Shown one piece after another: positions 27,658-39,587 of a stretch of 64,000 bases of DNA. The DNA comes from Haliotis rubra (Eukaryota), in assembly GCF_003918875.1 (NCBI RefSeq), contig NW_025767314.1, forward strand, positions 310,001 through 374,000, in the 5' to 3' direction. The stretch's first letter is position 1. The number at the start of each line of letters is the position of its first letter. The translations under genes were made by a program, and so were the position numbers. The notes beneath the pieces were generated by a model. It was given only the letters and a program-made list of their open reading frames with translations, made no database searches and was not told where the DNA came from.

Positions 27658-27822
27658 GTGAGTGAGTGAGTTTAGTTTTACGCCGCTTTTAGCAATATTC
27701 CAGCAATGACAAGGCGGGGCACACCAGAAATAGGCTTCACACAAAATGCCCTTGTGGGGAATCGAACCCGGGCCATCGGCGTGACGAGTCAACACCCTAA
27801 CCACTAGCCTACCCAACCTCCC
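27658..27822 (-). mobile_element. tRNA-derived SINE (family 1)
   Basis: Reverse complement of the family-1 consensus, with B-box GGTTCGATTCC and (CACT)n tail. Confidence 0.85.
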
Positions 27823-28545
27823 CAATTCCATTGTGAGCTTCAAATATGATTTGTATCCAATTAATACAACATTAATGGGATACAAATCCATGGAAATATG
27901 TTTTCTTATTTTCGTTATGTAGCCTACATGGGTGAGATTGTTCTTAATACAATGACATTTATTGTCTTACTTTTGTTCACAAGAGGTTATCACCATGACT
28001 ACGAGAACAGCCGCCCTCCTCACGTAAACGTGTGGACTGGCATAAACAGTTGGCCGTCCACGTCATACGCTATAGCTTTGAGGATTTTAAACAGATCGGT
28101 TTCTAAGATATGAGAGTCGCAGATACATTGAAATGCTCGCCGCCTAGTACCCACCGCGAAGTGTTTATTATTGTTATGGCATAAACAGGCAGCCGTACAT
28201 TCCTTACGCTGTACAGCTGACAGTCGGAGCATATCAACACACGGTTACCGAAACTCGAGGTAAGTGAGGTCACTCAAATGTTTGTTTGTTTGTTTTTATC
28301 AGTGAAATGTTTATGAAGCTTATTTTATAAATAGTCTGCAGTATATAACCTCGTTATAAGCTGCTACCTCATGATGATTTTAACCACAGGTCGCTTACTA
28401 GGAAGTGAGATAAGCAGATACGCTGAAACGTTCCCTGCATGGTTTTACCTATCAGGGTTTTAACACTGCGAAACAAAATTGTGTTGTTCCGTGTTTAACA
28501 TACAGTATCATTTACTCTACAGCTACCTGGCACGCAGTGTTGGCC

Positions 28546-31500
28546 ATGACAGCACTCTACCGGCGTCTGTGTGTTGTTGTTTGCGGTGAGTGCTTTTACA
28601 TTGTTTGTAAGCAAGGTAACCAGTAAACACTGCACCACATGGAACAATCTATTCATTGCTTGGTTCAGCTTCAGGGAGATCTACTATATATTTTAATACG
28701 ATAACTGCAATTAACTGAAGGCCATTTAATCCATTCAGGGAAACAGGAGTGAATAAGATACAAGTTATGGTCATGTCGACATTGTTATGTGTTTTTACCA
28801 CTTTGGCATATTGTGCAACACTCAAATCATATTCGATTGCTGATCTGTCCTTTTGTTTGGTTTGTTTGTTGTTTAACGCCGCACTCAGCAATATTCCAGC
28901 TATATGGCGGTGGTCTGTAAATAGTAGAGTCTGGACCAGACAATCCAGTGATCAACATCATGAACATCGATCTACGCAGTTGGGATACGATGACATGTGT
29001 CAACCAAGTAAGCGAGCCAGATCACCCGTTACGACAAGCATGGCTTTTTGAAGATTAATTCTAACCCGAATTATCACGGGTGATCAATCCATTCACTATA
29101 TACCGCGTTCCAGTCGTTTGTCATGAGGCTATTTCTGTTTAATACTGGTACTTTAGTGACACACTTGTGATGATACACAGGCCACTCAGATGTTATAGAC
29201 CGAGGAGTAGAACAGTGATTCCAGCATTATTTCTGAATAATATTTTTGATACAATTTTAGTTTTCAGAATAGCATTTGTTTCACTGCATTGTACAATAAT
29301 TATTATGATACAGTACTGGGTGGTTCTGAGTATCAGAATGTACATCTAAGATATAAAACGCATTTAAAAGGTCCCTGTCCCGACGAATAATCCTTACTAA
29401 CGTATTACCAAATTCTGACCTGTATTGTGGTGACGTGGTGTCCTGTGCACGAAGCTCAGGTCACAAATCGGTCAAGTTAAGCAGGGTCGAGCTCGGGGAA
29501 TCCTTGGATGTGTGACCGTGTTTGGCAGCTTGACTCCTGAGAGTTTCTAAAAACTGTCCTGATCCACAACGAAGCACATGTTATACATGTGGTCTCACCT
29601 TAGACAAGTGAGTTTTATTCAAAATTGCCTCTGTTCACCCAGCAGGAAAATGGGTACCCGGTGGAAAATGTCATGTGACTATAACCTTCTAGCGCCTAAC
29701 AGGCAGCTTGGGTTATCCAGGGTAATAATGTGCTGTGCTATTGATTGTTAGTGCTATGAGCAAACCTGGTGTGGAGTTTGGCGCTATATAAATGGACACA
29801 TTACTATAGCATGAATATTCAACAGGTATAATGACAATGATGGACACAATGTTAGGGGATTATAAAACTTGTGAAACATTTCCTAATACATATCAAAGGC
29901 TTATAATGTTTAGCCTTAGCACGTGTGGCCTTATCTTTTTCCTGTTGTTTTGTTTCTTTAGTTCTGCTGGCGAAAGTCGCATCTGCAGTGAGAGTAGACG
30001 TCGAGTGTAAATGGGAACGAGAAAGTAAACAGCTGTATTCAGTTTTCACGATGGACCTAAATATCAGCACTAAACATTTGATCAGCCTGAGTGCCCACAA
30101 TGTCACTGTTCTGGATGACAGTGGCATTGTTACAAGTCAGTCTGGCAGTATTACAGACCAAGCTGGAATTCTAAGAGCAAGCCTCGACATTGAATGTAGT
30201 GATGCCCAACATATTCGATGCGAATCATTTGGAATGGCTTACGACAAAACATCATTCAATAACCTGACCATCACACCGCACCTGGAATTTAATGGTGAGA
30301 CACAACTGACCGATTCCACTTAGCACTGAGTTCATGGAAGTTGGCTGGTTTTGTTGTTGTTTACGCCGCACTCAGCAATATTCCAGCTATATGGCGGCGG
30401 TCTGTATATAATCGAATCTGGACCAGACAATCCGGTGATGAGCCTCGGTATACGCAATTGGGATACAATGACATGTTTCAACCAAGTCAGCGATGCTGAC
30501 CACCCGGTCTCGTCTTACGACAGACACAGGTTGCTGACCCGTGGATTTCATGGATGCGAAAACTAGCTAGAAGGATAACCACAATGTGCTTGTCCATGTC
30601 TGCCTGTCCAACTGGTAACGTTATTCACCAACGTATCGCTGAAATGACTTACTTGGTCAATAGCTATACTAAGATTTCACAACCATTACGACACTCGAGC
30701 TCAAAAGGTGTTTAATCTCGCTTTCAACACACACTGACTCAATGTAACTCGCCAACTATTTTTTCTCCAGATAAGAGGACAGCAATTCATCCTTTTACGC
30801 CCCCTTATCAGAGACATGGTTATGGCTGTTTGTGTCGCTTTTATTTATGCTATGTGTATATTTACGTGAAAGAGATCACACGAGATTATGCGAGAAGCGC
30901 CCGTCTATGCATTTTTTGAACGATTAGACATGGGTACAATATGTGCAGCCCTTTTCCGGTGTCCCCCCGATGTGATATTGATGGAACATTAAAAGCGGCG
31001 TAAAAGTAAACTCACTCACTTATTGTATATCTCTATCTCGATGTAAGAGGCATGTATGAATTAAAATAAGATATTCTTTAATCATCAACACCGGTTTTAC
31101 GTTAAGATGTAATGTTGCTATGTTTTCACGTTGTAGTTGCTGCAAGAGGCGTTTCAGTCACACAGACGCCTTTAAAGGAGACCTACGGCGTAGGCGACGT
31201 CATACTGCTCACGTGTTCTGCGGTGTTTGGGGTTAACAGAACAAGGCTACGATGGATGATCAGTCACTCAAATACACCATCGACAGATACACACGTTCCT
31301 GTTCCTGTTGACAGTCCTCAAGCAAATAGTTTGACACTTGCAGACTGCTCCTTCCATGTTGTCAGCAAATATGTACACGTGCCCACTGAACATGGGGACA
31401 TAACTCTAACATGTTTTGCTGAAAATACATCTGAGTCCACTTCTCTCACCATCAGAAGTGGCAATGGTTTGTCATTTTTAACATTTATACAATGCCTCAA

Positions 31501-34500
31501 TGTTCTGACCATAACTTTGTTAATTTACAATTTTGTGTTTGTTTGTTGTTTAACGCCACACTCAGCAATATTCCAGCTATATGACTGCAGTCTGTAATAA
31601 TCGAATCTGGACCAGACAGTGATCAACTTCATGAGCATCCACTTGCATGACATGTGTCTGGACAGGACAATCCAGTGATCAACAGCATGAGCATCGATCT
31701 ACGCAAATGGGATACCATGACATGTGTCATCCAAGTCAACGACCCTGACCACCCCATCCCGTTAGTCGCCTGTTAGGACAAGCATGGGTTGCTGAAGACC
31801 AATTCTACTTACCCATTTGTGACCAGATGTCACTGATGTTCAGTTATCCATTCATACCAAGTTTCACGGCTCTTTTGCTTCGTCGGATAATCGACATTGG
31901 TTATTATCAAGCGTTGACGATTTATATATATATTTGAATATGTACATTCATGTATCCTTCGGATGTCATAAGCTTTAGTTTCATGGCACCGAAATATATT
32001 AGATATGTTATGATCGTGCGTACTGACATCATGTTCCTAATGTTTCAATGTGTCAGTTATCAAAATCTACCTGTATCTACATGTATAAATAAGTAAGTAT
32101 GCACTGTTACATTTCTATTTCCAGATAATCACAGCACCCATCTGTTTCTCTCGAGTATGCTTGTGTACACGCATTTCATCATCTTACCATGCATATTTGC
32201 TCTGTTTGGTGACAAAGTAACTTTCCGAGAACCAGGTAGGAATATATGAAGAAACGTACCTGTTCTTGAATATCACAACTTCGCGCAGAGAATTGAAATG
32301 TGTTGTCAAGGTTCTTCATCTTGAGTCAGTCTCCAGATATAATTTTGTATGATGATTATCTTTAGGTATTAGTCATGATTATTTTGTGTTTTGCAGGGAA
32401 AGTGTGTATGCGCAGATTTCGGACTGCTATCTCATTTCTTGTTGGCCTCACATTCTTCATATGGTGGATGATTGTACTCCGAGACCATCATCTCAGATCA
32501 TTAGGTTAGTGATTCTGATTTGTCTGGCAACCATAATTTCCAAACAAAATATTCTTGTTATCAAAATTGTTTTAATTGATGTGTTTTTTTCTTAACATGT
32601 GTTTTCCTTTACGCAGGTTATTTCATGTGTGCTGTGATAGAATTTATCTTCATATTGGGCTACACCCTAACGAGGTTCTCTGCAAACTTGTCGAAGCGCT
32701 TCGAGAAAAAATGTAAGATTTCTACAGTTAACAATGGCCTTGTATATGAAACGTGGTACTGTTTCCAAAACCTATCAACTACACGCTGAACGAAATTCTC
32801 CCAAGGCATTTAGAAGTTGGTGAAGTGATACAAAACAAATGTTATGGATAAAAACTTCATCTTTATTTGTTTCTCACGACGTTTCTGGGCTAGTTCTTGT
32901 CCCTTCTTCAATATCCACTTGGAGAACCATGACAGCACATTTCAATATCCACCTGAAGAAAGGGCAAGGACTAGCCCAGAAACGTCGTGAGATCCACCCG
33001 AAGAAAGGGCAAGGACTAGCCCAGAAATGTTGTGAGATCCACCTGAAGAAAGGGAAAGGACTAGCCCAGAAACGTCGTGAGAAACAAATAAAGAATAACG
33101 TTGTTATAAATAACATTTGTCTTGTAATACACGCTGAACCTTTACCCGAACTTGAGTGAGTAGGGGTTTACACCGCGTTTAGCAATATCCCAGCAATATC
33201 ACGTTGGGGACACCAGAAATGGGCTTCACACATTGTACCCATGTAGGGAATCGGACCCGGAGCTTCAGCGTGACGAGCGGACGCTTTTACCATTAGTTTA
33301 CGTCACCGCCCCTTTGCGAATTATAACTATAACATCTTTAGTCGCGTTATCGTTTTGAGTGAAAATAGCCTCCAACTCACTGTGTAAGACAAATTCGTTG
33401 ATTTATATTGCCAATATTGATGGATTATACTCACGGAGTTGGAGGAGGGGGAGTGTCACGGTGCAGAGATTTATATTAGATCCAATTTAGATGATTTCAA
33501 TATTCTTTAGTACATAGAATCTTGGCAACAAACCTACTTTTGTTTGAGATGGGATATGTAGAGAGTAAGTTATGTTCATTTTGTACATATTTACCAGAAA
33601 GCGGAATTCATCTCTTTTACGACTGTCCAAATTCTATAAGCATATGGAATCAACTTTTCACTTGGATAAGAACAAGAACAGATATCATTGAACACTGAAT
33701 ATCGATAAAAAGTAGATCATATTTGGATTTTCTGAAAAAAGAACGAAGTCCCTAATCTCCTGATAACAGTTGTCAAATTTACTCTTTTTAAAATACGCAT
33801 ATATACATGTACGCCAGCTTTCGATATGATCAGAAAGGAAATAAGTAAAGTTTACAATGTCGAGAAAAAACATGCAATGTCTTCTTGTATTTTTACCAAA
33901 TTTACGGGTCCGATTGCCATAAATTGTTTGATTGATATTAACTTAGACCCTGCTTATTTTCTTACAATGGAATCCGTTGTAATATGCTTGTCAATGTGGG
34001 ATATGCCAAGATCTGTAAACAAATGCATGATTTTATATTTTGCTGTTATTTGATGTCATGATTTTGTACCTAAAAATGGATGATAAAAATAAAGACCCGT
34101 GCACATTTGCTGACTCATACATTTGATGTGTACAGATCAGAGATATTTGCACAACTTGAGAGTAGCCACTTCCTATGGAGCCACCATGACGCCGACTATA
34201 TGCTGGATCATGATAAAGTGTTATGGAGGCACCAGCATCATAGGACTTGGTAGGTGCAGATGTCTTCGCTTCATCTGTTTACAGATTGCTTAATGGAAAC
34301 ATTGCTTTAATTTTGCTGTAGATTCTTCTTCTAAAATTCCGGCCAAACAATTAACATTGCTTCATTCTCTTTGTTTGTTTGTTGTTTAATGCCGCACTCA
34401 GCAATACACAAGCCATATGGCGGCTGCATGTAAGTTATCGAGTCTGGACCACACAATCCAGTGATGAACATCCTGAGCATTGATCTATACAATTGGGATA

Positions 34501-34771
34501 CGATGACATGTTACAACCAAGTCAGCGATCCTGGCCACCCGACCCCGTTAGTGGCCTCCCATCAGTATTTCTGATCAAACCTAATAATCAGATCCTCAAA
34601 ATACATAATGCTAATGGAAGCTGTTGAGCCGTATATATTGCTATTACATTGTCTCCATTAAATACAATTTCAGAGATCTTTTTCTGGATGGTGACGATCG
34701 GATGTTTTACCGGATTTGTTTGCGTCTCAAAGAGTCGAGAGGGAAAGTATTGGGAGATAAAATATTACTGA
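28546..34771 (+). CDS. Gene A: signal peptide + two Ig-like domains + five transmembrane segments (CD47-like architecture)
   Basis: Phase-1 GT-AG exons: 28546-28585 (MTALYRRLCVVVC), 29962-30294 (Ig-like D1, ...IECSDAQHIRCESFG...PHLEFN), 31137-31466 (C2-like D2, LTC..W..LTC), 32125-32235 (TM1 HLFLSSMLVYTHFIILPCIFALF), 32397-32504 (TM2 AISFLVGLTFFIWWMIVL), 32617-32712 (TM3 GYFMCAVIEFIFILGYTL), 34136-34249 (TM4 VATSYGATMTPTICWIMI), 34674-34771 (TM5 EIFFWMVTIGCFTGFVCV...KYWEIKYY*). AATAAA at 34908. Each Ig and TM exon has a homologous exon in paralog B. Probable 5'UTR exon ends at 28259. Confidence 0.82.
28853..29081 (-). mobile_element. SINE-like repeat (family 2, GCTTGTCGTAAGAGGCGACTAA core; Meta-SINE-like)
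   Basis: Matches near-full copies at 44737, 48909 and 57003; (AAAC)n tail. Confidence 0.8.
29438..29795 (+). mobile_element. 5S rRNA-derived SINE (SINE3-like)
   Basis: Head AAGTTAAGCAGGGTCGAGCTCGG...CTTGGATGTGTGACCG resembles the 5S rRNA internal promoter (A/C boxes). Body TGCCTCTGTTCACCCAGCAG.AAAATGGGTACCCGG; second copy at 42020. Confidence 0.72.
30350..30552 (-). mobile_element. SINE-like repeat (family 2)
   Basis: Family-2 consensus match. Confidence 0.75.
31535..31808 (-). mobile_element. SINE-like repeat (family 2) with internal duplication
   Basis: Family-2 consensus match. Confidence 0.75.
32861..33095 (+). ncRNA. Penelope-like terminal-repeat remnant with three tandem and one inverted minimal type I hammerhead motifs
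   Basis: 45-bp unit ATCCAC-CTGAAGA-AAGGGC-AAGGACTA-GCCCA-GAAAC-GTC-GTGAG, three copies (32947-33081), ending in AATAAA. Inverted copy at 32861-32912. Confidence 0.65.
33153..33313 (-). mobile_element. tRNA-derived SINE (family 1)
   Basis: Family-1 consensus match. Confidence 0.8.
33500..33860 (+). mobile_element. L1/Tx1-like LINE 3' fragment (zinc-binding region)
   Basis: Broken frame reads RILATNLLL..MGYVESKLCSFCTYLPESGIHLFYDCP, a CxxC...HxxxxC motif typical of LINE ORF2 C-termini. Confidence 0.65.
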
Positions 34772-35840
34772 CGTGCATGAAGTTGAAATTTGATAAAGTG
34801 ATGTGGCTGTGAATGGCATGTGAATGCATGGACAAAGTCAGATTATTACTGAATATAGTCACAGAAGGATGTCTTCTCTCTAACTGTATTTAAGGTACCT
34901 TGTCGTCAATAAAGTGTAAAGTACCTGAAAACGTTGACTTGCCTGTAGTACAATTAGCTATTTTGCAATGGCCATGAAGTTGATAGAGAACTACCAAAGA
35001 AGGGATTTGCATTAATGTTTATTTACATATTCACACACACACACGCGCGCGCGCACACACACACACATATGCATCGGGAGACTTCTAGTATGTAATAGTT
35101 GGTCTTTTTATGTGAACTCCACACCGATGTATGCAATGAGTGGTTCTTGCTAGGTGGATTCATGTCCTCAACATGGATATTCATTTGGTAGTTTTACCTA
35201 GTTCAAATTGAAAATATGCTTATGGCTTGTTTGAAAGTGATGACATGAGAAGTCAAATAATAATAGTCACAGCAATGACTTTTAGTCCATTGGATAAATT
35301 GAAAATGAATCCGTTACACGATATTTAGCTTCCTGACAAGGATCTATCCATGAACCTCGTTCGAACAGTTAATAATGACATTTTTCGTACAGAGTGCCTT
35401 ATGTTATCGCGGGAATCTATTAATTTCTATTAAATTCTCTTATCCCATGTCTTCCATTCTCTCTTGTTGGAAACAGAGACGAAGGCGATGAGCGATCCGA
35501 CGGTGAAAATCAACTAGACAATTTCTGCAACTACATAACATGTTTCTGTTTATGCATGAAGAAGGTGAACTTAAATCTTCGTTACTGTAGTGTTACTATT
35601 ATTAAAGTTACATTTAATATATTACTACAATTATCGAATATAATTTGACCTTTGTACACGTTTATGATATTGTACGTGTATAATACCTTGTGTAGAGACC
35701 TCCAGTTGCATCTCAGTTCTCATGATCATCCAACAAATACCTGGAGTTGTAACTGCCCCACAAGACAATGTCACTCGAGAGTTGTAGAGAAGTCTTTCAT
35801 CTGCTGGGATAAATAGGCGAAACATATGATCATCCACTAA

Positions 35841-36008
35841 AGGGGCGGTGGGGTAGCCTAGTGGTTAAAGCGTTTGCTCGTCACGCCAAAGACCTGGGTT
35901 CGTTTTCCCAAAAGACACAATGTGTGAAGCCCATTTCTGGTGTCGCCGGCCGTGATATTGCTTGAATATTGATAAAGCGCGTTAAAACCAAACACGCTCA
36001 CTCACTCA
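35841..36008 (+). mobile_element. tRNA-derived SINE (family 1)
   Basis: GGGGCGGTGGGGTAGCCTAGTGGTTAAAGCG...GGGTTCG...(CACT)n, flanked by CATCCACTAAA on both sides (target duplication). Confidence 0.88.
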
Positions 36009-37034
36009 TCCACTAAAATGAAACACGAAGGGTGCTTTGTTCGCCTTACAATTTGTAATAGCTAGGCAATACAACGTAAACCCTATACTATTGATCATCT
36101 ATTCCGTTATCATTCATCCTATCTTGAGAGCGGTATATAAAAAAAGAAATTTTTTCTGCATCATGAGGTCATATTTTACACTTGACACCTTGTTAAAGAA
36201 CACGTGGATGTTAATACTGTTAATATCAAATAAACCTGCAGATACGATGCAGCTGTTTCTTTAGATTCTCTAAACAATGTGGTTATTACGCGTCATACGA
36301 TCCTGGAATCATGATCATTTGATAGTCTAGTATAGTCATTATCGCAACGTCACTAGTCAATCTTATAGAATCATGTTGAGACCACCACAGATTGTTTATT
36401 TAGATACAAGATCTAATTGTCATAACAAACCTCTCCGACGAAAAAAAGTTACCCTGAATTAGTAATGAATACGATAGAAACCGTCTGCGGGTCGAATAAC
36501 CCCGGACACGGGTTTTACTCGTCATGACTGCTACCTACCGTCTTTCTCGAAGCCTTCTGGCAGCAGTCGGACACCAGCATAAAGAATGAAGAATACCGCT
36601 TCCATAACGAAAAAACACAGGAACCCTGGAAAACCATGGATTGATGTTTTAACAGTACGTCAATCTGTATACGATATATCGATTACTGAAAGTATCGAAT
36701 ATGCAATGCCCTTTAGAAAATGGTCAAATGTAACATGGTCAATTTAGGGTTAGAATTTCTGTAAAGCACAGATTGTAGTACTTTTTTTGTATGGTATATT
36801 CATAGTTTGAAGGAATGGCAGCCATGCAGATTTAGACTTGTCAGAGGGGTACACAAAGTACTTGACTTCGACTACTAATTATCAGACTTCCATTTTTGTG
36901 ACAGCTGTGAAAATGTGGGTAAGATCGCTGACCTTGTGTGAGGGTGATTAGGTAGCTCTGTCTGAGAGTGTGGGTTCGAATACTCAACTAAATGTATTAG
37001 CACTTATGTACTAGTGCTATACTGATGGTGAGTT

Positions 37035-37283
37035 AGTGAGTGAGTATAGCTTTACGCGCCACTCGGCAATATTTTATGATAATATGTATATGACGGCGGT
37101 CTGTAAATAATCGAGTCTTGACCAGACAATAAAGTGATGAACAGCATGAGCATCGATCTACGCAATTGGGAACTGATGACGTGTGTCAAATATGTCAGCG
37201 AGCCTGACCACCCGATCCCGTTAGTCGCCTCTTACGACAGCCATGGGCTACTGAAGATCAATTCTAACGCGGATCTTCACTGG
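37035..37283 (-). mobile_element. SINE-like repeat (family 2)
   Basis: Near full-length family-2 match. Confidence 0.8.
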
Positions 37284-37385
37284 TCACTGTACTGAGAAAG
37301 TGTAAACCGAACTATAACATATGTTACACGTATCCACTCGCCAAATTGTCTCAATAGAACAGAAATCCAACATAGCACATATATA

Positions 37386-38874
37386 CTTAGCAGCGTGAAA
37401 ATTAGCAATAAAAACGTCAGTACGAATTCAAAATTAGATAGGCACTGTAATCAAATCATTACATAAATGGACATAATAAGCGGATCAAAGCCTTTTTGTG
37501 TACAATATCCTGACACATCAGTGAATAACTCAGCACAATTCCAAGACATTACGTTGGCAGACCATTCAGACTCTTGACTTCAGTATCTAGTGTGACCACC
37601 AAAGCGGCAATAACTGCAGAACAGCGTCTATGCATGGAGTGCACCAATCGATTGATGAAGGCCATTGGCACCTGGAATCACACTCTGAGATAGGCCTGGC
37701 GCAATAAATCGGCTGTGTTCGGCCTTGGTATGACATTATTCAGTCTCTTCTGAATTTCATCCCAAAGATGTTCAATTGGGTTTAAATAAGGACTAAGGGC
37801 TGGCCACCGCATAATGTTGACACCGTTCTGCTGTAGGAAGTCCCGTGTAGCTCGGGCAGTATTGGCCCGGGCGTTATCATGCTGGAAAATGATGTTCCGG
37901 CGAAATTTGGTATGACGTGGGGTCTGACAGCTTGGTCGATGTAGCGCACCGCTGTGATGCCGCCTCCTCTCCCTGGACCAAGGTTCTGGAACACCACAGG
38001 ACCCACTCTCTGGTTCAGATTTATTCCACCCCATACCATGATGCTTGCACCTCCCCATGAGTCTCTTTCCATAACACATTGGTCTGAGTAACGCTGGCCA
38101 CGTCGTCGCCATATTCTTGTTCTGCCATCTGCAGTTGGTACGCAGTACCGAATCTCATCTGTGAACAGAACAGTTCTCCATTGCCTGTATCACCAGTTTT
38201 GGTGTTGTAGGGCAAACTGTTCACGCCGATGACGAGGTGAGGATAGGTCAACGGTCAGGTCTACGGCAATGGAGGTTCCCGCTGTTAAGACGTCGGAGTA
38301 CTGTATCAATACCGATTGGTCTTCCGTGTGTTCCCACTGTCTGGCGTGCTGTTTCGGATGCCTGCACGAAGGGATTCTGTACATGCTGTCGCACAACATG
38401 GCGGTCTTGTCGTCTTGTGGTCACCTTGGTCTGCCAGTAAGGGGGCGATCATTTGTGGTGTTGGTGGCCCGGAAACGTTGCTGCAGCCTGTAGATGGTCC
38501 GAATGCGGACCTGGAAGTGATTGGCAACGGCTTGTGCAGTGTGGCCAGCTTCAAGTCTTCCAAGCGCCTGGTTCCTCTCAGCTGTAATGAGTTGCGGCAT
38601 CCTGCTGACGTTGTAATGTGAATGTTTCAACCAGGTTTGGGGGTGCATTTTATAGGGCTGGTCCTTGTGAACAGCAAGTGCAGCATGAGTTGCATGAAAA
38701 ACATGGAGACCACCGTACCATCGCCGAGATCAGGTTGCGGTTTGGGGAAGGAATGTCATTGCTCAGGTAAGTTGGAGATGTTGTCAAAAATATACAATCA
38801 ACACATTAAATGAGTTGACAGTTATCCGTTTCTGCAAAGGAAAATTCCAAACTGACGTACCTTTTGCTGCTTAG
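37386..38874 (-). mobile_element. Full-length frameshifted Tc1/mariner transposon in an intron of gene B
   Basis: Transposase from ATG 38600 (MPQLITAERNQALGRLEAG...DRPLTGRPR) through LFTDE, GGASIMVWGGI, FQHDNA and WPALSPYLNPIEHLWDE to GGHTRY* (~37580). Short TIRs CT(T/A)AGCAGC with TA flanks. Confidence 0.92.
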
Positions 38875-39224
38875 TATATATTATGTTAGTGTTGCCTTAG
38901 GTTACAAGTGTACACATATCAACGCCATCTTGTAATTGTTATTCTATTGTGTGTATGATATAAAGTACGACTTCTATTTTTTAAAGTTTACTTTAACATG
39001 TAATTACCTGGGGTGTGAGCATCAGGAATCACAATGCCCCACCATACAACAAAGATCAATCCTGTAAACAATGAAATGAAGGCTCTGCGCGTTCTGCTCC
39101 TCGTTGTTTCTGAAATATTAGGGAATAGGAAAATGAGTTATATGAAACCTTGAACTCAAAACTATACACGGGATGGAACGTTCAAAATGAAACTATACAC
39201 CCATGTGTGATGGTGGCCGAAATT

Positions 39225-39587
39225 ATTTTGTTTGTTTAATTGACGCTACACTCAGCAGTATCGTTACACAATCGAGCAGACAATCCAGTGATCAACAGCA
39301 TGAGCATCGATCTACGCAATTGGGATATGATAAGATATGTCAACTTAGTCAGCGAGTCTGACCACCTGATCCCGCTTGTCACCTCTTACGACAAGTGGCG
39401 TTCGCACGTCACGCTGAAGACCCGGGTTCGATTCCCCACATGGGCAAAATGTGTGAAGCTCATTTCTGGAGTCCCCCGCCGTGATATCGCTGGAATATTG
39501 CTAAAAGCGGCGTAAACTAAACTCAATCAGTCAGTCTTACGACAAGCAATGGTTACTGAAGATCAATTCTAACCCGGATCTTCACGG
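39225..39587 (-). mobile_element. Family-2 SINE with a nested 5'-truncated family-1 tRNA-SINE (39396-39534, + strand)
   Basis: The insert is flanked by a 12-bp target duplication TCTTACGACAAG (39384-39395, 39535-39546). Confidence 0.85.

Noticed and set aside
32839-33159. ORF with repeated HLKKGQGLAQKRRE
   Set aside because: It is the translation of the 45-bp hammerhead/Penelope repeat inside an intron, with no splice support.
28546-34771. Assigning the symbol CD47 to gene A, or a specific SLC6A number to the transporter
   Set aside because: Only architecture or family-level motifs are recognisable; orthology needs a homology search and phylogeny.
35841-35915. tRNA-Asp-like gene (GTC anticodon loop, A and B boxes)
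   Set aside because: It continues into a shared SINE body and tail with target duplications and has many diverged copies, so it is a SINE head.
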